From assembly GCA_951406725.2 (NCBI GenBank), contig OX597815.1, positions 86,118,001 to 86,182,000 on the forward strand: DNA of 64,000 bases. The letters are read 5' to 3'. Of this stretch, positions 44,346 to 57,488 are shown in pieces. The position numbers and the translations under genes were made by a program. A model generated the notes under the pieces. That model had not been told where the DNA came from and did not search any database. It saw only the letters and a list, made by a program, of their open reading frames with translations. Position 1 is the stretch's first letter, and each line of letters starts with the position of its first letter. The DNA comes from Octopus vulgaris (taxonomy: Eukaryota).

Positions 44346-44603
44346 TTATTCTTCTTTGAGAATTTAGGCCAGTAACATGCCAATTGATTATATTCAAGAA
44401 GATGTGAAATTCATGTGAAATAATACGGAATAGAAACCTGAATACAGACTAATGCTCATGGTTTACATTTAATTTATAGAATTTATTTTCACCTATAATT
44501 ATTAGTTATTGCATAACGTCTAATATGCAAAGTTTTGTGTGTATGTGGGCGTGAGCGCGTATTCCTCAGTAAATATAGATATACATATCTGGCGTATATT
44601 TGT

Positions 44604-44645
<42 letters not shown>

Positions 44646-45454
44646 ATGTGCGCGCGCGAGTGAGAGTGTGTGTATGTGCTTCAGGAGAGACTGACAGATG
44701 ATGGACGATATCAAAATTTTAGTGATCGCTACAATTATTTCGAGCCATCTAGCATCGAATACCTCGCAGGTTGGATACTGCAAAACTGGTTTATGTGTAT
44801 CCCTCGGTGTAGATGTGTCTCTTCGGTTGATTTCAAGAGGTATCTTGTTAAAATAAAATCTGTTCCGCAAGATTTCTTCTTGGTCTTCGTATATATAACT
44901 GTCAAATTAAGGGATACAACTTCATTCCTATAGGAGATCCATAACAAAATTCAGATACAAAAACAAACAAATACATAATACAGTAATATTAGATATAACC
45001 TTTAGTGGATATGAATGTACAAACTCCTACACATACTTGGTCTGGCTCACGTACACTCGCTCGTACAAACGCGCATGTACACATAAGCACACACGCACGC
45101 GTGGTCTGTCGCACTTGTGCTCCCACACCGAATTAAGTATTAATAAAGTCAGAACCCATTATTGGCTAGTGATACGACACCACTTGATGAGGAGTCGCAA
45201 TTCTGTGGAGTGGACCACTGAGTCTGACTGATATACTTATAGCACTTGTACAAACATAAATAGGGTAATAAATACTGACATAGTAGATTTGTATTATATA
45301 TACTTTATACATATGCATACACACACACATATCTTTTATTAAACTTTTAATACTTTTGATATATATTTAAAATAATATAAATTAATTAATTTTATGTATT
45401 GGCTTAAGTTTTTCATTGTTTGATTTGCCTAATAGTGGTTTTATCTCTAATTTA

Positions 45455-45508
<54 letters not shown>

Positions 45509-45749
45509 TATACATAAGTTTGTTTTTGAAGCGTTGAAATGTATTGTAGAACAAGTAGAAAGATATATAATTTTCCAACACGTAAATACTGAACGAAGAA
45601 TTTTGATTAACCCAACGTGTAGTGTTGTAATGCAATACATATATATAAATATATATATACTCTTTTACTCTTTAACTTGTTTCAGCCAGTTGACTGCGGC
45701 CATGCTGGAGCACCGCCTTTAGTCGCGCATATCGACCCTAACAAAAGAA

Positions 45750-48680
45750 GGAAAATGCACATATTTACATAGTTTTAATATATTTTAAAATATAGTTTAT
45801 ATTGTGTTTGTCGAACGGTTTCGATTTCGCTAATTATGATACTGAAATTATCATAATTTCATATTTTCTAAAGATTTTAGTCTTTGCAGTGTGTGGAGAA
45901 GTTTATGTATGATTCAACAAGTAGAAAAATCTAAGGGGAGGTAATTGGTGGTCGTTATTGTTGGGGACAGGGGACGTAATTATTCATCTTTCGGGAGGGG
46001 ATAAATATACACAAAAACTCAAAAGCTAAACTAGTGAGATGAGATATGTGCACTGATGGGTATCTGATCATGAATTAAAATATATACTGACATCAAAGCT
46101 GATTATGTGTTCATATTTACAGGTGTTCTGTATTTTTCGATGAACAAATTTTCTTTATTTAAACGTTCTTGTATAGAAATTGTTTCTTTGCACTGGTAGA
46201 TGGAGAAGACTGTGAAGTATGATCGGATATTACCTGCACATCTCTCTATGTGTTCAGTCAAGGGAATCCATCTGTATTGCGGAATCCGGATCTCTTCTTT
46301 ATGTAGTGTTGTTCTCCGTCTCAGTGTCATACTTGTCTGTCATATATATATATGTCTACAACCTGAGCAACTTATAACATAAATTAGATTCTGGGAAGCA
46401 CAAGTGAAGTTGGATTTAATTGTGAACCTCTCTCCTTGTTTAAATGGACATTCCAAGCATTCCAGTAGGTTTGTAGGTTGGGGCATGTTCCATAATTTGG
46501 ACATATTTTTTAACAGCTGGTTTCCTGGTTGTTGTGTAAAGTTTCGCATCTGTTACAATTTTTTTTATTGATTTGTGTTGCTTTTTGCATTTTATGAATT
46601 TATGTGTTTTCAGAATGTTGTTTATTTTGGGATCTCTAGTGAGCATAGGTAGATTTTGTACAAAAATGTTGTATATCTCATTGTTTCTAGAGTTGTGAGT
46701 TGATATACACAGTAGTGTTTTGATATGAGGTGTGGCGTTTTAATGTCTAATTTCTTAGCCCACTTAATTCCATCGTCTATAAGTGAGGGTGGATATTGTA
46801 TTTCCGTCTGTGTTCTTCTGGGGTCTTGAAGACGAAGGTTCCGAGTATTTCTATCAGACACTATTGTGCAAATCCTTTTTGCTAAATTAAGGGGGATATT
46901 TCGTTTGATGTGTTTCGGGAGGCATGAGCTAAACAGCAGATATTGCTTCGAGTCTGGTGGTTTATGATAAATGTCAGTTATAATTTGGTTGTTGACATTT
47001 TTTTATCATAATATTCAAGAAAGGGAGCTGTTCTTTGCTATACTTCCTTGTGAATTGAACGTTATGATTTATATTATTTAGTATTGATTTGAATTCCAAA
47101 AGTTTATCAATGGTCTCCTTCCAAATGATAAAGCAGTTATCCAGGTATCTTTTCCCTTTTTCTCTTATACAATGGTGAAATTAATATCCATGTTTTTGTA
47201 GTGACATTTCATATATGGTGAATTCAAAATAATCCATTATTAGGTCAGCAAGAACTGGGGCTGCTTTCCTTCCCATCTCAATTCCGCATTTTTGACGACA
47301 GTAGGTGTCATATAAATTTTAAAGGTTCAATGATAAAGACCTGCTTTATGCATTTCAGAAGTACTTCGGGGTACTTTTCCAACTAGAATTTCATTGCTTC
47401 TATTCCAAAGACACTTGGGATACTAGTGTAAAGATTAATAACATCGAAGGAAACCAATAATCCCTCTTAATTAATTGTTTTTGGTAGGTGCTGTAGCATG
47501 TATAGATCATCTTTAATTAAATTTTTGATGTATTTAAGCAAGGGTTTCAGTAGGATGACTAGAAAGTTGCTTAGGCAGTGAGTTTCACAAGCTGGGCAAA
47601 CTAATAGTGTCTTTACTTTAAGTATTCTGGCGCTTGGAAATTTATGTATTTGCTTGGCTATTCTTTGCAGGCTTCATTAGCTATCTTGCTCTTGTGTATT
47701 TTAGGTAGGCCGGAAAAATGACTAGGTTTACATTTAAAGTTCGTAATATAACCTATGTCCTTTTCTGCCAGGCCTTTTCCATGTATAAGTATTAAGGAAG
47801 CATGATGTTTCATTGCTTTTTGTTGTTTATAGCTTACAACATTTTCGTAGAAGGCATCGTTTCCTAGCAGGGATAATACTAGGAATTTGTAGTATTCTAT
47901 GTCCGTCAGGTCCACGGCACTCCATTTGGCAGCTTCTTTAATTGTCATTTCTTTGTCGTTTTGTAGTTCAATTAGACTTATCCATTCTAGATTGTTGATG
48001 TTTGTATTAATGTTTTGCTTGTAAAAATTATTTGGGAAGCTTTGGATATGGTCGCAGAAGTCATCTAGTGTTTTATTCCTATCTTTAGGTGGAAGATAAT
48101 TACTTCTATTTTTAACCAGGGATTCATCCCCATTGTTGTAGTCAGTTAATGCTTCTATGAGTCGTAGTTTTCTACAGAATTCTGAAAAATTGTCTTTCTG
48201 GTTGGATCTTCGCGGGATTGGGGTAAATTTTCTTCCTTTAGCTAGTATACTTATTTTGTTGCAGAGAGAGTTTTCTTTGATAAATTTATTGCTTTGGGTT
48301 TCCCCTGCATGTTTTGTTCCAACGTGTGTCTCTGTTTCTCGGTCTAAAAAATGTTTAAAGTAATTTGGTTGGTAGAAGTTATCAGCGTTATTATTGTTAT
48401 TAAATATATTAGGATTGCTGGGAGGCTGGTGTTGCTGTCTGAAGAAATTGGTTGGAAATACTTGGTTTGGGTTTCTTCATTGGAATAAATTATTGGGGTT
48501 CTTAATTATGTTTTTAGATGCTGAGCAGTTGGTTTTGCTGTGTGGGCAAATAGCTTGGAATTCCGTAGGTTGAGTTTCTTCAATGAGGAGCAGAAGAAGT
48601 CCCTTGGACGTTTCTAGTTGCTTGCGAACAATAATTACTCCTAACCTTAGGTTGGTGTCTTCTAGTATTTCTTACTAATA
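45750..48680 (-). mobile_element. Long degraded Neptune-type PLE with RT core and GIY-YIG
   Basis: Minus-strand peptides: FSGLPKIHKSK, LVSFDVINLYTSIP, GIEMGRKAAPVLADL, KRYLDNCFIIW, TDIYHKPPDSKQYLLFSSCLP, FTCASQNLIYVISCSGC, KENLFIEKYR, with a stop at 46103. Many disablements. Confidence 0.92.
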
Positions 48681-49388
48681 AGTTACAAACACACACATTT
48701 ATATTTATGTAGGTATGTGTATGTATGTATTTATGCATCTATAGTTTATTTCACACAAGTATTTATTTCGGAACTAAAGTCGAAACTCTACTGCAATGTC
48801 TAAGTGAGACCCATTTAACTTTACTTATTGACATTAGAGAGAGTTGATTTTACCGTCGATTGGCTGGGTACTATTGTTAGGCAACTTGATTTGCTGTTTT
48901 TGAGGGTAGTTTTACAAACAATGCAAATTATTCATTACATTGTGTATTATTTTTTCTCGGAGACTGTTTAAATTTTTCTAGGTCACTTTGTTTTATACAT
49001 TTACTGACTTAATGGGGCTAATTTGCTTATCTTATACATTTTTCGCCCCTTAGTTTAACTAGTAATATCATTAAAGTATTTTTCTTTTAGCCTGTAAAGG
49101 ATGTGTGTATGCGTATCGGCTTACATAATTAATTTTCCCAACTGAAGTTATAGTATGTCTTATGTGCAAGGATATTAGGAACACAAGGCTAACTAGTATT
49201 TAGGGGTGGCTTTGTTAATGTATTTCTATGTTCAGGTCACTGTGTTTGTTCGTGTGATTTCGAATATTTTAAAGTCAAATTCAATGACAAGATTGTGTGC
49301 CCGAATGTTGTATTTCACGTAATCTTGTGTATCAATTATTTATGGGTGAGAGATTTTGTCATGTATTTCTCTGTGTGTGTGTGTGTGT

Positions 49389-49423
<35 letters not shown>

Positions 49424-50084
49424 AATATATGTTTGTATATGTTTGCGTGTTTATGTCTTTTATGCTGAAGCGCTGCCTTTTAGTCGAATGAATCGACCCC
49501 AGGACTTATTTTTTCTTAAAGCCTGGCACTTAGCTGATCAACAACATTATAGCAATAAATTAGCGCATTTAAAATAACAGTAACAAATCTAATGTGAGGA
49601 GAGGTAATGGTAATGTAATCAACAACACGATCGTCTAACATGCGATACCTCAAGGATTTCCGTACATCAAAATTATCGTTGTTATGTATAAACCACTATA
49701 TTGATTTTCAATATGTATTTATGTTAGTTACATTGTACGCATTTTTGGAATAAAAATCAAGTGGTCTTTGGATTGTCTTTGCAATCGCAGCATACTTTTT
49801 TACTATATTTGTTCTAAGAATGACGAGACTAAATGTGTAGAACCTCAAATAAACGGTTTTAGCCATGCGATATCTTACATATTTTAGCCATAATTCTCTA
49901 AATATTTCATTCCTGATAAAAATTGACGCTTGTACAGAGAGTAATGATCCCTTAAATTTCTGATTTCGCCTTTTATCATGCAACACGCACACAAAAAACA
50001 GACAGTAATCCGCTCGCACACACACACACACACAGACACACACACATGCATACACACATACACACGCACATACACACCCGCGTG

Positions 50085-50132
<48 letters not shown>

Positions 50133-50234
50133 AAAAAGGAGATGTCGAACACGAGTGGTGATATATAAAAAAGGAAATGAAGAAAATGCTGACATATAAT
50201 TGAAGTAATTTAAGTAATTTAATTAGGTGAAAGT

Positions 50235-50281
50235 TCTTTTTACCGGTTGCGCATTTGTTATGCTTATCAAAATATAAAAGA
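50235..50281 (-). ncRNA. Second copy of the variant hammerhead-like motif, in the inverted arm
   Basis: tctttttaccggttgcgcatttgttatgcttatcaaaatataaaaga is the exact reverse complement of 52709-52755. Confidence 0.6.
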
Positions 50282-51037
50282 GAGATTAGAGTCTGTCTCT
50301 TATATGTGAAAAAAAGAGACTCCAGAGTTGTTTGGGATTTGCTTGGTTTCGCGCCTAAAATTTTGATTGGTCATTATGAAGGGGTCACGTGAATGTTTGA
50401 ATGGAAGTTGGTGTTGGGGTAAGAAAAAAGGCTCCAGAGAAGTTAAAATTTGGCTAGTGTCCCGCCTAAAATTTCTTATTGGCCATAATAAAGAGGTCAC
50501 GTGAATGTTTAGAATTTTCGAAAATAGTGTTGTTGAAAATTCTTATTGTTCAGGCTGGTCAGTAGACGTCATGTGGATATTTTAAATAGCTTTTTAGCGC
50601 GTAGTTAGGGAGTGTATTTTCCGCTTGACTGGATAAGTAAGTTCGTTTAGAACAGGGAGAGCTGTATGTATGTATGTGTGTGTGCGCGCGCGTGTGTGTG
50701 CGCGCGCGCGTGTGTTATATGTATGTTGGGGCGCGCGCGCGTGTATATATGTGTGTGTGTGTGGGTACAATTTTCAATATTTATAGTTCTGCTGGCCTTG
50801 TGCCTGTATCGGGAAGCAACGTATTTGTGTGAAGTCAATATTTACAGCCATTTCCAAAAAATAGTGTTGGATGTTTTGCACCCGTATTCAATTATGTGTA
50901 TGTGTGGAACCATATATTTGTGTGTGTCATGGTGTTAATATCTGGGTAAAGGTGTGTGTAGGGTGTGTGCAGGTGTAAGTGTGTTTGTTGTGGGTTCGTG
51001 TTAGGGGCATGTGTTTAGAAGTGGTCTGTATTTATTA

Positions 51038-52000
51038 ATGGAATACAGCCCTCAACAAATTCCCTTCCTCGACATCCTCATTAAAATTCACAACAAAAAA
51101 ATAGAAACAGACATATACTACAAGCCCACAGACTCCAAGCAATACCTCCCTTTCAATTCATGCCACCCTAGACACGTTAAAATTAACATTCCCTACAACT
51201 TAGCCAAGAGAATTTGCACTATAGTCTCCAATAAAAACACCCGTCTCTTACGTCTACAAGAACTCAAGGGCACATTAACAAGCAGGGATTACCCCACGTC
51301 ACTAATTGACAATGGGATCCAACGCGCCCTAAAACTCAGCACGCAGGAACTTAGACGCCCTAAACCTGTTACATCGAAACCCCATACTCTACCATACATC
51401 TCTACACACAACCCCCTCAACAATGAAGCTTTTGACACCATCCTCCAGAACATTCCTGTATTACAAAAGGACCATAGAATGAACCAAATCCTCCTAACAC
51501 ACGAAATCATAAAGAGCAAAAGGCAACCCAAATCATTGAAAACCATCCTAACAAATGCCAAAGTACTGCCAACCACAACAACTAAACCCACAGTAAACAA
51601 ATGCAATAGACCCAACTGTGGTATATGCATCAACCTAATAGAAGGTCCGGAATTCCTTTTTAAACAAGGACAACGTTTCACAGTAAGACACAACTTCACA
51701 TGCGCATCAGAAAACCTAGTATATGTCTTAACTTGCTCGGGCTGTAATGAACACTACATAGGCCAAACAAAAAATAGCCTCCGCCAACGCATGACTGTCC
51801 ACAAATCCCAAATAAAAATACAGGAATATAGAAAAATAGCATTTAGTGCACATATTGATACCTGTGCCGCACAACTCCATCCCAATTTTAGAATCTTTCC
51901 CCTCTACAAATTTAAAGACAATGCCACTCATACCCAGCGAATAACCATGGAATCCCACCTTATTAATAAATACAGACCACTTCTAAACACATGCCCCTAA
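51038..52000 (+). CDS. PLE polyprotein C-terminal fragment: RT motif 7/thumb, Cys linker, GIY-YIG endonuclease
   Basis: Open frame reading MEYS..IPFLDILI..TDIYYKPTDSKQYLPFNSCHP, then CNRPNCGIC, then FTCASENLVYVLTCSGCNEHYIGQTKNSLRQRMTVH..E..LIN..P.LN. The first 9 codons of the track ORF (51011) come from the inverted arm. The RT catalytic core is absent. Confidence 0.9.
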   Translation: MEYSPQQIPFLDILIKIHNKKIETDIYYKPTDSKQYLPFNSCHPRHVKINIPYNLAKRICTIVSNKNTRLLRLQELKGTLTSRDYPTSLIDNGIQRALKLSTQELRRPKPVTSKPHTLPYISTHNPLNNEAFDTILQNIPVLQKDHRMNQILLTHEIIKSKRQPKSLKTILTNAKVLPTTTTKPTVNKCNRPNCGICINLIEGPEFLFKQGQRFTVRHNFTCASENLVYVLTCSGCNEHYIGQTKNSLRQRMTVHKSQIKIQEYRKIAFSAHIDTCAAQLHPNFRIFPLYKFKDNATHTQRITMESHLINKYRPLLNTCP

Positions 52001-52479
52001 CACGAACCCACAACAAACACACTTACACCTGCACACACCCTACACACACCTTTACCCAGATATTAACACCATGACACACACAAATATATGGTTCCACACA
52101 TACACATAATTGAATACGGGTGCAAAACATCCAACACTATTTTTTGGAAATGGCTGTAAATATTGACTTCACACAAATACGTTGCTTCCCGATACAGGCA
52201 CAAGGCCAGCAGAACTATAAATATTGAAAATTGTACCCACACACACACACATATATACACGCGCGCGCGCCCCAACATACATATAAACACACACACGCGC
52301 GCGCGCACACACACATACATACATACAGCTCTCCCTGTTCTAAACGAACTTACTTATCCAGTCAAGCGGAAAATACACTCCCTAACTACGCGCTAAAAAG
52401 CTATTTAAAATATCCACATGACGTCTACTGACCAGCCTGAACAATAAGAATTTTCAACAACACTATTTTCGAAAATTCT

Positions 52480-52681
52480 AAACATTCACGTGACCTCTTT
52501 ATTATGGCCAATAAGAAATTTTAGGCGGGACACTAGCCAAATTTTAACTTCTCTGGAGCCTTTTTTCTTACCCCAACACCAACTTCCATTCAAACATTCA
52601 CGTGACCCCTTCATAATGACCAATCAAAATTTTAGGCGCGAAACCAAGCAAATCCCAAACAACTCTGGAGCCTCTTTTTTT
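52480..52681 (+). promoter_or_regulatory. Duplicated 112-bp-period module in the pLTR with E-box, CCAAT and E2F-like motifs (mirror copy at ~50309-50510)
   Basis: Units start at 52480 and 52592: aaacattCACGTGacc..CCAAT..aattttaGGCGGGA or GGCGCGAAA..ctctggagcct. Promoter function is inferred. Confidence 0.4.
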
Positions 52682-52708
52682 CACATATAAGAGACAGACT
52701 CTAATCTC

Positions 52709-52755
52709 TCTTTTATATTTTGATAAGCATAACAAATGCGCAACCGGTAAAAAGA
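52709..52755 (+). ncRNA. Minimal type I hammerhead-like motif, variant core (UUGAUAA / GCAA)
   Basis: Reads tt-TTGATAA-GCAT-aacaa-ATGC-GCAA-CCGG-TA-aa. It has a 4 bp stem II, palindromic stem III ACCGGT and a predicted cut after GUA (52749). It lies near the pLTR 3' end, where PLE hammerheads are known to occur. Confidence 0.6.
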
Positions 52756-52816
52756 ACTTTCACCTAATTAAATTACTTAAATTACTTCAATTATATGTCA
52801 GCATTTTCTTCATTTC

Positions 52817-52878
<62 letters not shown>

Positions 52879-52888
52879 GGTATGTAGG

Positions 52889-52935
<47 letters not shown>

Positions 52936-52944
52936 TCTTTTCTC

Positions 52945-53338
52945 TCTCTTTTCTCTTTTCCTTGTTTCAGTCATTTGACTGCGGCCATGCTGGAGCACCG
53001 CCTTTAGTCGAGCAAATCGACCTCGGGACTTTTTCTTTGTAAGCCCAGCACTTATTCTATCGGTCTCTTTTGCCGAACCGCTAAGTGACGGGGACGTAAA
53101 CACACCAGCATCGGTTGTCAAGCAATGCTAGGGGGACAAACAGACACACAAACATATACACACACACTTATATATATATCCATATATACGACAGGCTTCT
53201 TTCAGTTTCCGTCTACCGAATCCACTCACAAGGCATTGGTCGGCCCGGGGCTATAGCAGAAGACACTTGCTCAAGATGCTACGCAGTGGGACTGAACCCG
53301 GAACCATGTGGTTTGTTAGCAAGCTACTCCTGCGCCTA
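52945..53338 (-). mobile_element. tRNA-derived SINE (resembles octopus CORE-type SINEs), near full length
   Basis: Head ggcgcaggagt..ggttccgggttcagtcccactg, internal microsatellite, tail ggtgctccagcatggccgcagtcaaatgactgaaacaag. Further tail fragments at ~22530-22580, 29320-29442, 32895-32945, 45660-45738, 49465-49530 and 57830-57885. Confidence 0.8.
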
Positions 53339-53975
53339 TATATATATATATATATATATATATGTTACAATCTTTTTTTGTTATTTACTATTTAAAACAA
53401 AAATTCAGTTAAGTTTATCAATATCCTTGTCCAATAGCATTTTATAGGAAACTTAATTATTAATAAGATCTTCACAACACAGACCAGACTTTTTAAATGA
53501 GAGTCATATCAGACAATTCTCATTTAAAACGATATAGGGCGAGAAGTTACCGTTTGCTTCCCTTGTTGAGAGATTAAAGGAAACCAATGCTACAATATTT
53601 TCATTCTATTTTATAACAGCATTATAACCACATACATTTGTGTATGATAAATGTATTTGGTTATAATACCATTATGTTTAGTTTGCAATTGGCTTCTTAA
53701 GGATGGAACTGTGTGAATGTCCTGCATAGAAAAACAAAAAAAATATAGACACAAATTACCCACTTTAAAAAATACTCATATTGACAGACAAAAATATAAC
53801 ATATTCACACAAAAGTATGTGTGTGAGGGTGTGTAGGTGTGTGTGTGTGTGCGGTCGTGTGTAATTATATTTTGAAAATATTTTAGGAATACATCTTCAA
53901 GTAAAAAATCTACATATGTGTTGAGTCGGTTTATTAATATATACGTTAATATATGTAGATTAACTGAATACTATC

Positions 53976-54058
<83 letters not shown>

Positions 54059-54067
54059 CAATACTAC

Positions 54068-54103
<36 letters not shown>

Positions 54104-54825
54104 TACAATAACAACAACAATAATACTTTTATAAGTTCCTATTTAATTAAATTTAAGTTTATATTAGTCACTGGTAATTTGATCGTATAACTTGTAATGA
54201 TTATATACTAATAAGTATGGAGTGTTCTATTATTAACTTTTGAATGATGAAATATTGCATTTTACTCATAAAAATATTAGTTAAATTAATTTCAATCGTC
54301 TTTTGTGTTGGAAAATTTTTTTATAAATCTTGAACTTTCATTATAGTAGTATCTATGGAAGACCGGTGGGATTATTATTTACATGGACTTAAAGATTGAT
54401 CGCAGTTTAGCATATAAATTAGTTACTGCAGTATACTATTAATATCGATACAATGTACATTGGTTTATATGTCTCTTTGCTGTAGTTTTATTAAAGTTAG
54501 TGCTTGATCCCGCCTACATATTCATTATAATAGTTTTCATTACCAAACTATCCAAAAAAACATATTTCACACTGCATGTTGTAAAGTAAAAAAAAAAAAC
54601 ATCGATAAAAAAACGCTATGCACAGGGATGACGGTTTGCAACTTACGATATCAAAGAGGGATCCCTAAGCTTCAATGTCTACGAATTCTTTTATACTGCA
54701 TGATAATTTACGCTAATACTGCATGGAAATCGAATAACATTGATAAGACTAAATCTCACACGAGTATACATACATACATACATGCATACATACATACATA
54801 TATACGTATATATGTGTATGTGTAT

Positions 54826-55029
54826 ATTCTTTTATTTGTTTCAGTCATTTGACTGAGGTCATGCTGGAGCACCGCCTTTAGTCGAGCAAATCGACCCCAG
54901 GATGTATTCTTTGTAATCCTTGTACTTATTCTCTCTGTCTTTTTTGCTGAACCGCTAGGTTACTGGGACGTAAAGATATCAAGATCGGTTGTAAAGCAAT
55001 GTTGGGGAAGGGAACGAACACAGATACTA

Positions 55030-55090
<61 letters not shown>

Positions 55091-55222
55091 AACGACGGAC
55101 TTCTTTCAGTTTCCGTCTACCAAATCCGAGGCTAAATTAGATGATACTTGCCTAAGGTGCCACGCAGTGGGACTGAACCCGGAACCAAGTAGTTGGTAAG
55201 CGAGCTACTTACCACTCCTGTG

Positions 55223-55225
<3 letters not shown>
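54826..55225 (-). mobile_element. Second full-length copy of the same SINE
   Basis: Colinear with 52945-53338 from the tail (tttcagtcatttgactg) to the head (cactcctgtgcct). Confidence 0.8.
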
Positions 55226-55314
<89 letters not shown>

Positions 55315-55364
55315 TAGATAGATAGATATAGATATAGATATAGATATAGATATACTTATACTTA

Positions 55365-55408
<44 letters not shown>

Positions 55409-55499
55409 TATATATATATATAAACATACATATGTGTATGTATGTGTGTGTGTGTGTATGCGTGTGCGTGCGTATGTGTGAATGTAGTTACAAAGTCCG

Positions 55500-55790
55500 C
55501 TACCTAAAGAACAAATCTACTTTTCCAAGGGCAGAAAGAAATAATAGTAAAATAGTTTGTAAATATATAAATGGCAACGGAGAGAAGACTATGCTGACAC
55601 ATTGTGCATCGAAGAGTCAATTAAAGGAGGAAGCGCCTTTATTTGAATGACTCAATGAAATACAATGACTATACTGCTGAGAATACTGACATACGTCAGA
55701 AAACTGGAAACCACTTAAATGATAAAATGGAAATAACCAGTAAGTGTCCTCATCGAAAGAGCTTACGTAGTAGCTAGCAAAACAGACTGG
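55500..55790 (+). mobile_element. Relic PLE endonuclease C-terminus
   Basis: HLNDKMEITSKCPHRKSL resembles the LN..SEL.SKC.H terminus of this PLE type. Upstream fragments KSTF..NS...KYI and LKEEAP fit loosely. Confidence 0.4.
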
Positions 55791-56502
55791 AAGTTCAGAG
55801 CAATACTTCCTAGATGTGAACAGAAGTCGAACCAGGTGGCTCACTTCCGTTCTAAATTTTGACATTACATGAATAATTCAAATGTTAAAAGTCTGAAAAT
55901 TCTTTTTCTGGCAGGAAACTTTAGAGAAACGAAAGATAGTAAACTAACCAGCCGTGGCATAAAAGTATATGTATTTATATATGAACGACTGTGTGTATAT
56001 AGCTATATATACGTGAGTTTATGTGTATGTTCAGGGATATACATAGCTGTGAATATAAATACACACGCACACACAAACATATATACACATGTATGTGTGT
56101 CTGTACACACACACACACACACACATGCATATAGATACATGTAATAAATTATTGTTGCCCACATGAATAACATCAGTATACTCAATGCGTATCGTAGCAA
56201 GATATGGTTGGAGCACCACAAGTTCAGTGTAGTTAAAGAATCCTACTTTGAAGGAGATTAGAGTTTTGTACTGAAACAGTCTTAATACTTCTAGAATGAA
56301 TCTTGTACTGTTACTCCTTGTTTATATCATTGTATTGTTACTCATTGTTTATATCATTCGCGGGAGAGTGAGGTCGCGCCGATACAGTCGTCAATATAGC
56401 AGCCGCATAGTTCGGGAGTGGGATCAGTGAAACTTGAGAATATTTGGGCCTCAACGCAGCCATCGAACAGGTTCGCATAGCTGGAGGCTCATTCTCGTTC
56501 CC

Positions 56503-56533
<31 letters not shown>

Positions 56534-57450
56534 TGTATGTATGTATGTATGTATGTATGTATGTATGTATGTATGTATGTATGTATGTATGTATGTTTGT
56601 CAATTCCAGCTTTCAGCAAGTCCATGACAGCTACTTCGCGAATGTAGAGTTTACCAGACTCTCATTACAGTTAGCATCCATCCTCTTTTGCGAATTTTTC
56701 ATTTCCTAAGCACCCGTTGGACACTCCATCGAACGACACCGTAGTTTACCCAGTGTTTGGCATTTTTACAGAACATTTTTCTTTGGGTGATTTTTATCTG
56801 TTCACAAAACTCCTATCTTCTCTTTCTTTTACGTGTTTGAGGTTAGCCTATCCTTTCAAGGTAAAGCGTTTCACACACGCACGCACACACAAACACACAC
56901 ACACACACACTTTTATTCCACCATCTATTTCTTCACTAAATTTGTTTTCTTTCCATAAATTCATCCCGGATCTCACTTCCCCACTTCCACACATTCTTAC
57001 CACCGACTTTATATACCAACATTTATGTACTAACAGATCATTATCCCCACAACACTCTTACCACACTTACACAGTTTTCAACAAATACAACCCACCACGA
57101 AACAACTCCCCTTATGCTCACTTCCTGACACTGATTCACTCCCTTCCTAATACATACCCACCTACGTTTCTACCCTTCATAATTTCTCCATAGAAGGGCT
57201 TTGCATATTTTCTATACTTTCAATTTTTATATGCTTTTCTGTGTCCTTTGATGGAGAACTAACATCCAAAATGTCAGACCTGTGCTTTTTTCCAGTAAAG
57301 CTAATGCGGTATTTTTAAAACTCCATCCAGGTGATGTCTTTTATTGTGCATCACCATATATGTGTGTGTGCGTGTGTGTATGTATGTATGTGTGTGTGTG
57401 TGTGCCAGTGCGAGCGTGTTTGTGTGAATGTGCAGGCATACCTATAGATC

Positions 57451-57488
<38 letters not shown>

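Larger units (their letters stand above)
50131..52821 (+). mobile_element. Young 5'-truncated Penelope-like retroelement (Neptune-type) with inverted pLTR: inverted arm ~50169-51039, coding body 51038-52000, 3' pLTR 51962-52821
   Basis: The two ~860 bp arms are near-identical reverse complements; the ORF track gives matching peptides on opposite strands (50300-50500 vs 52490-52690). The body encodes an RT C-terminus plus GIY-YIG. (TA)n lies on both flanks. An inverted upstream pLTR on a 5'-truncated copy is established PLE architecture. Confidence 0.93.

Noticed and set aside
44685-44933. Possible exons here and at 9330-9890, 25360-26060 and 60818-60945
   Set aside because: Splice-like signals are present, but there is no recognisable domain or consistent multi-exon frame.
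50169-52821. DNA transposon with long TIRs or a GIY-YIG homing element
   Set aside because: The RT thumb motifs and the arm overlapping the ORF 3' end identify a PLE with an inverted pLTR.
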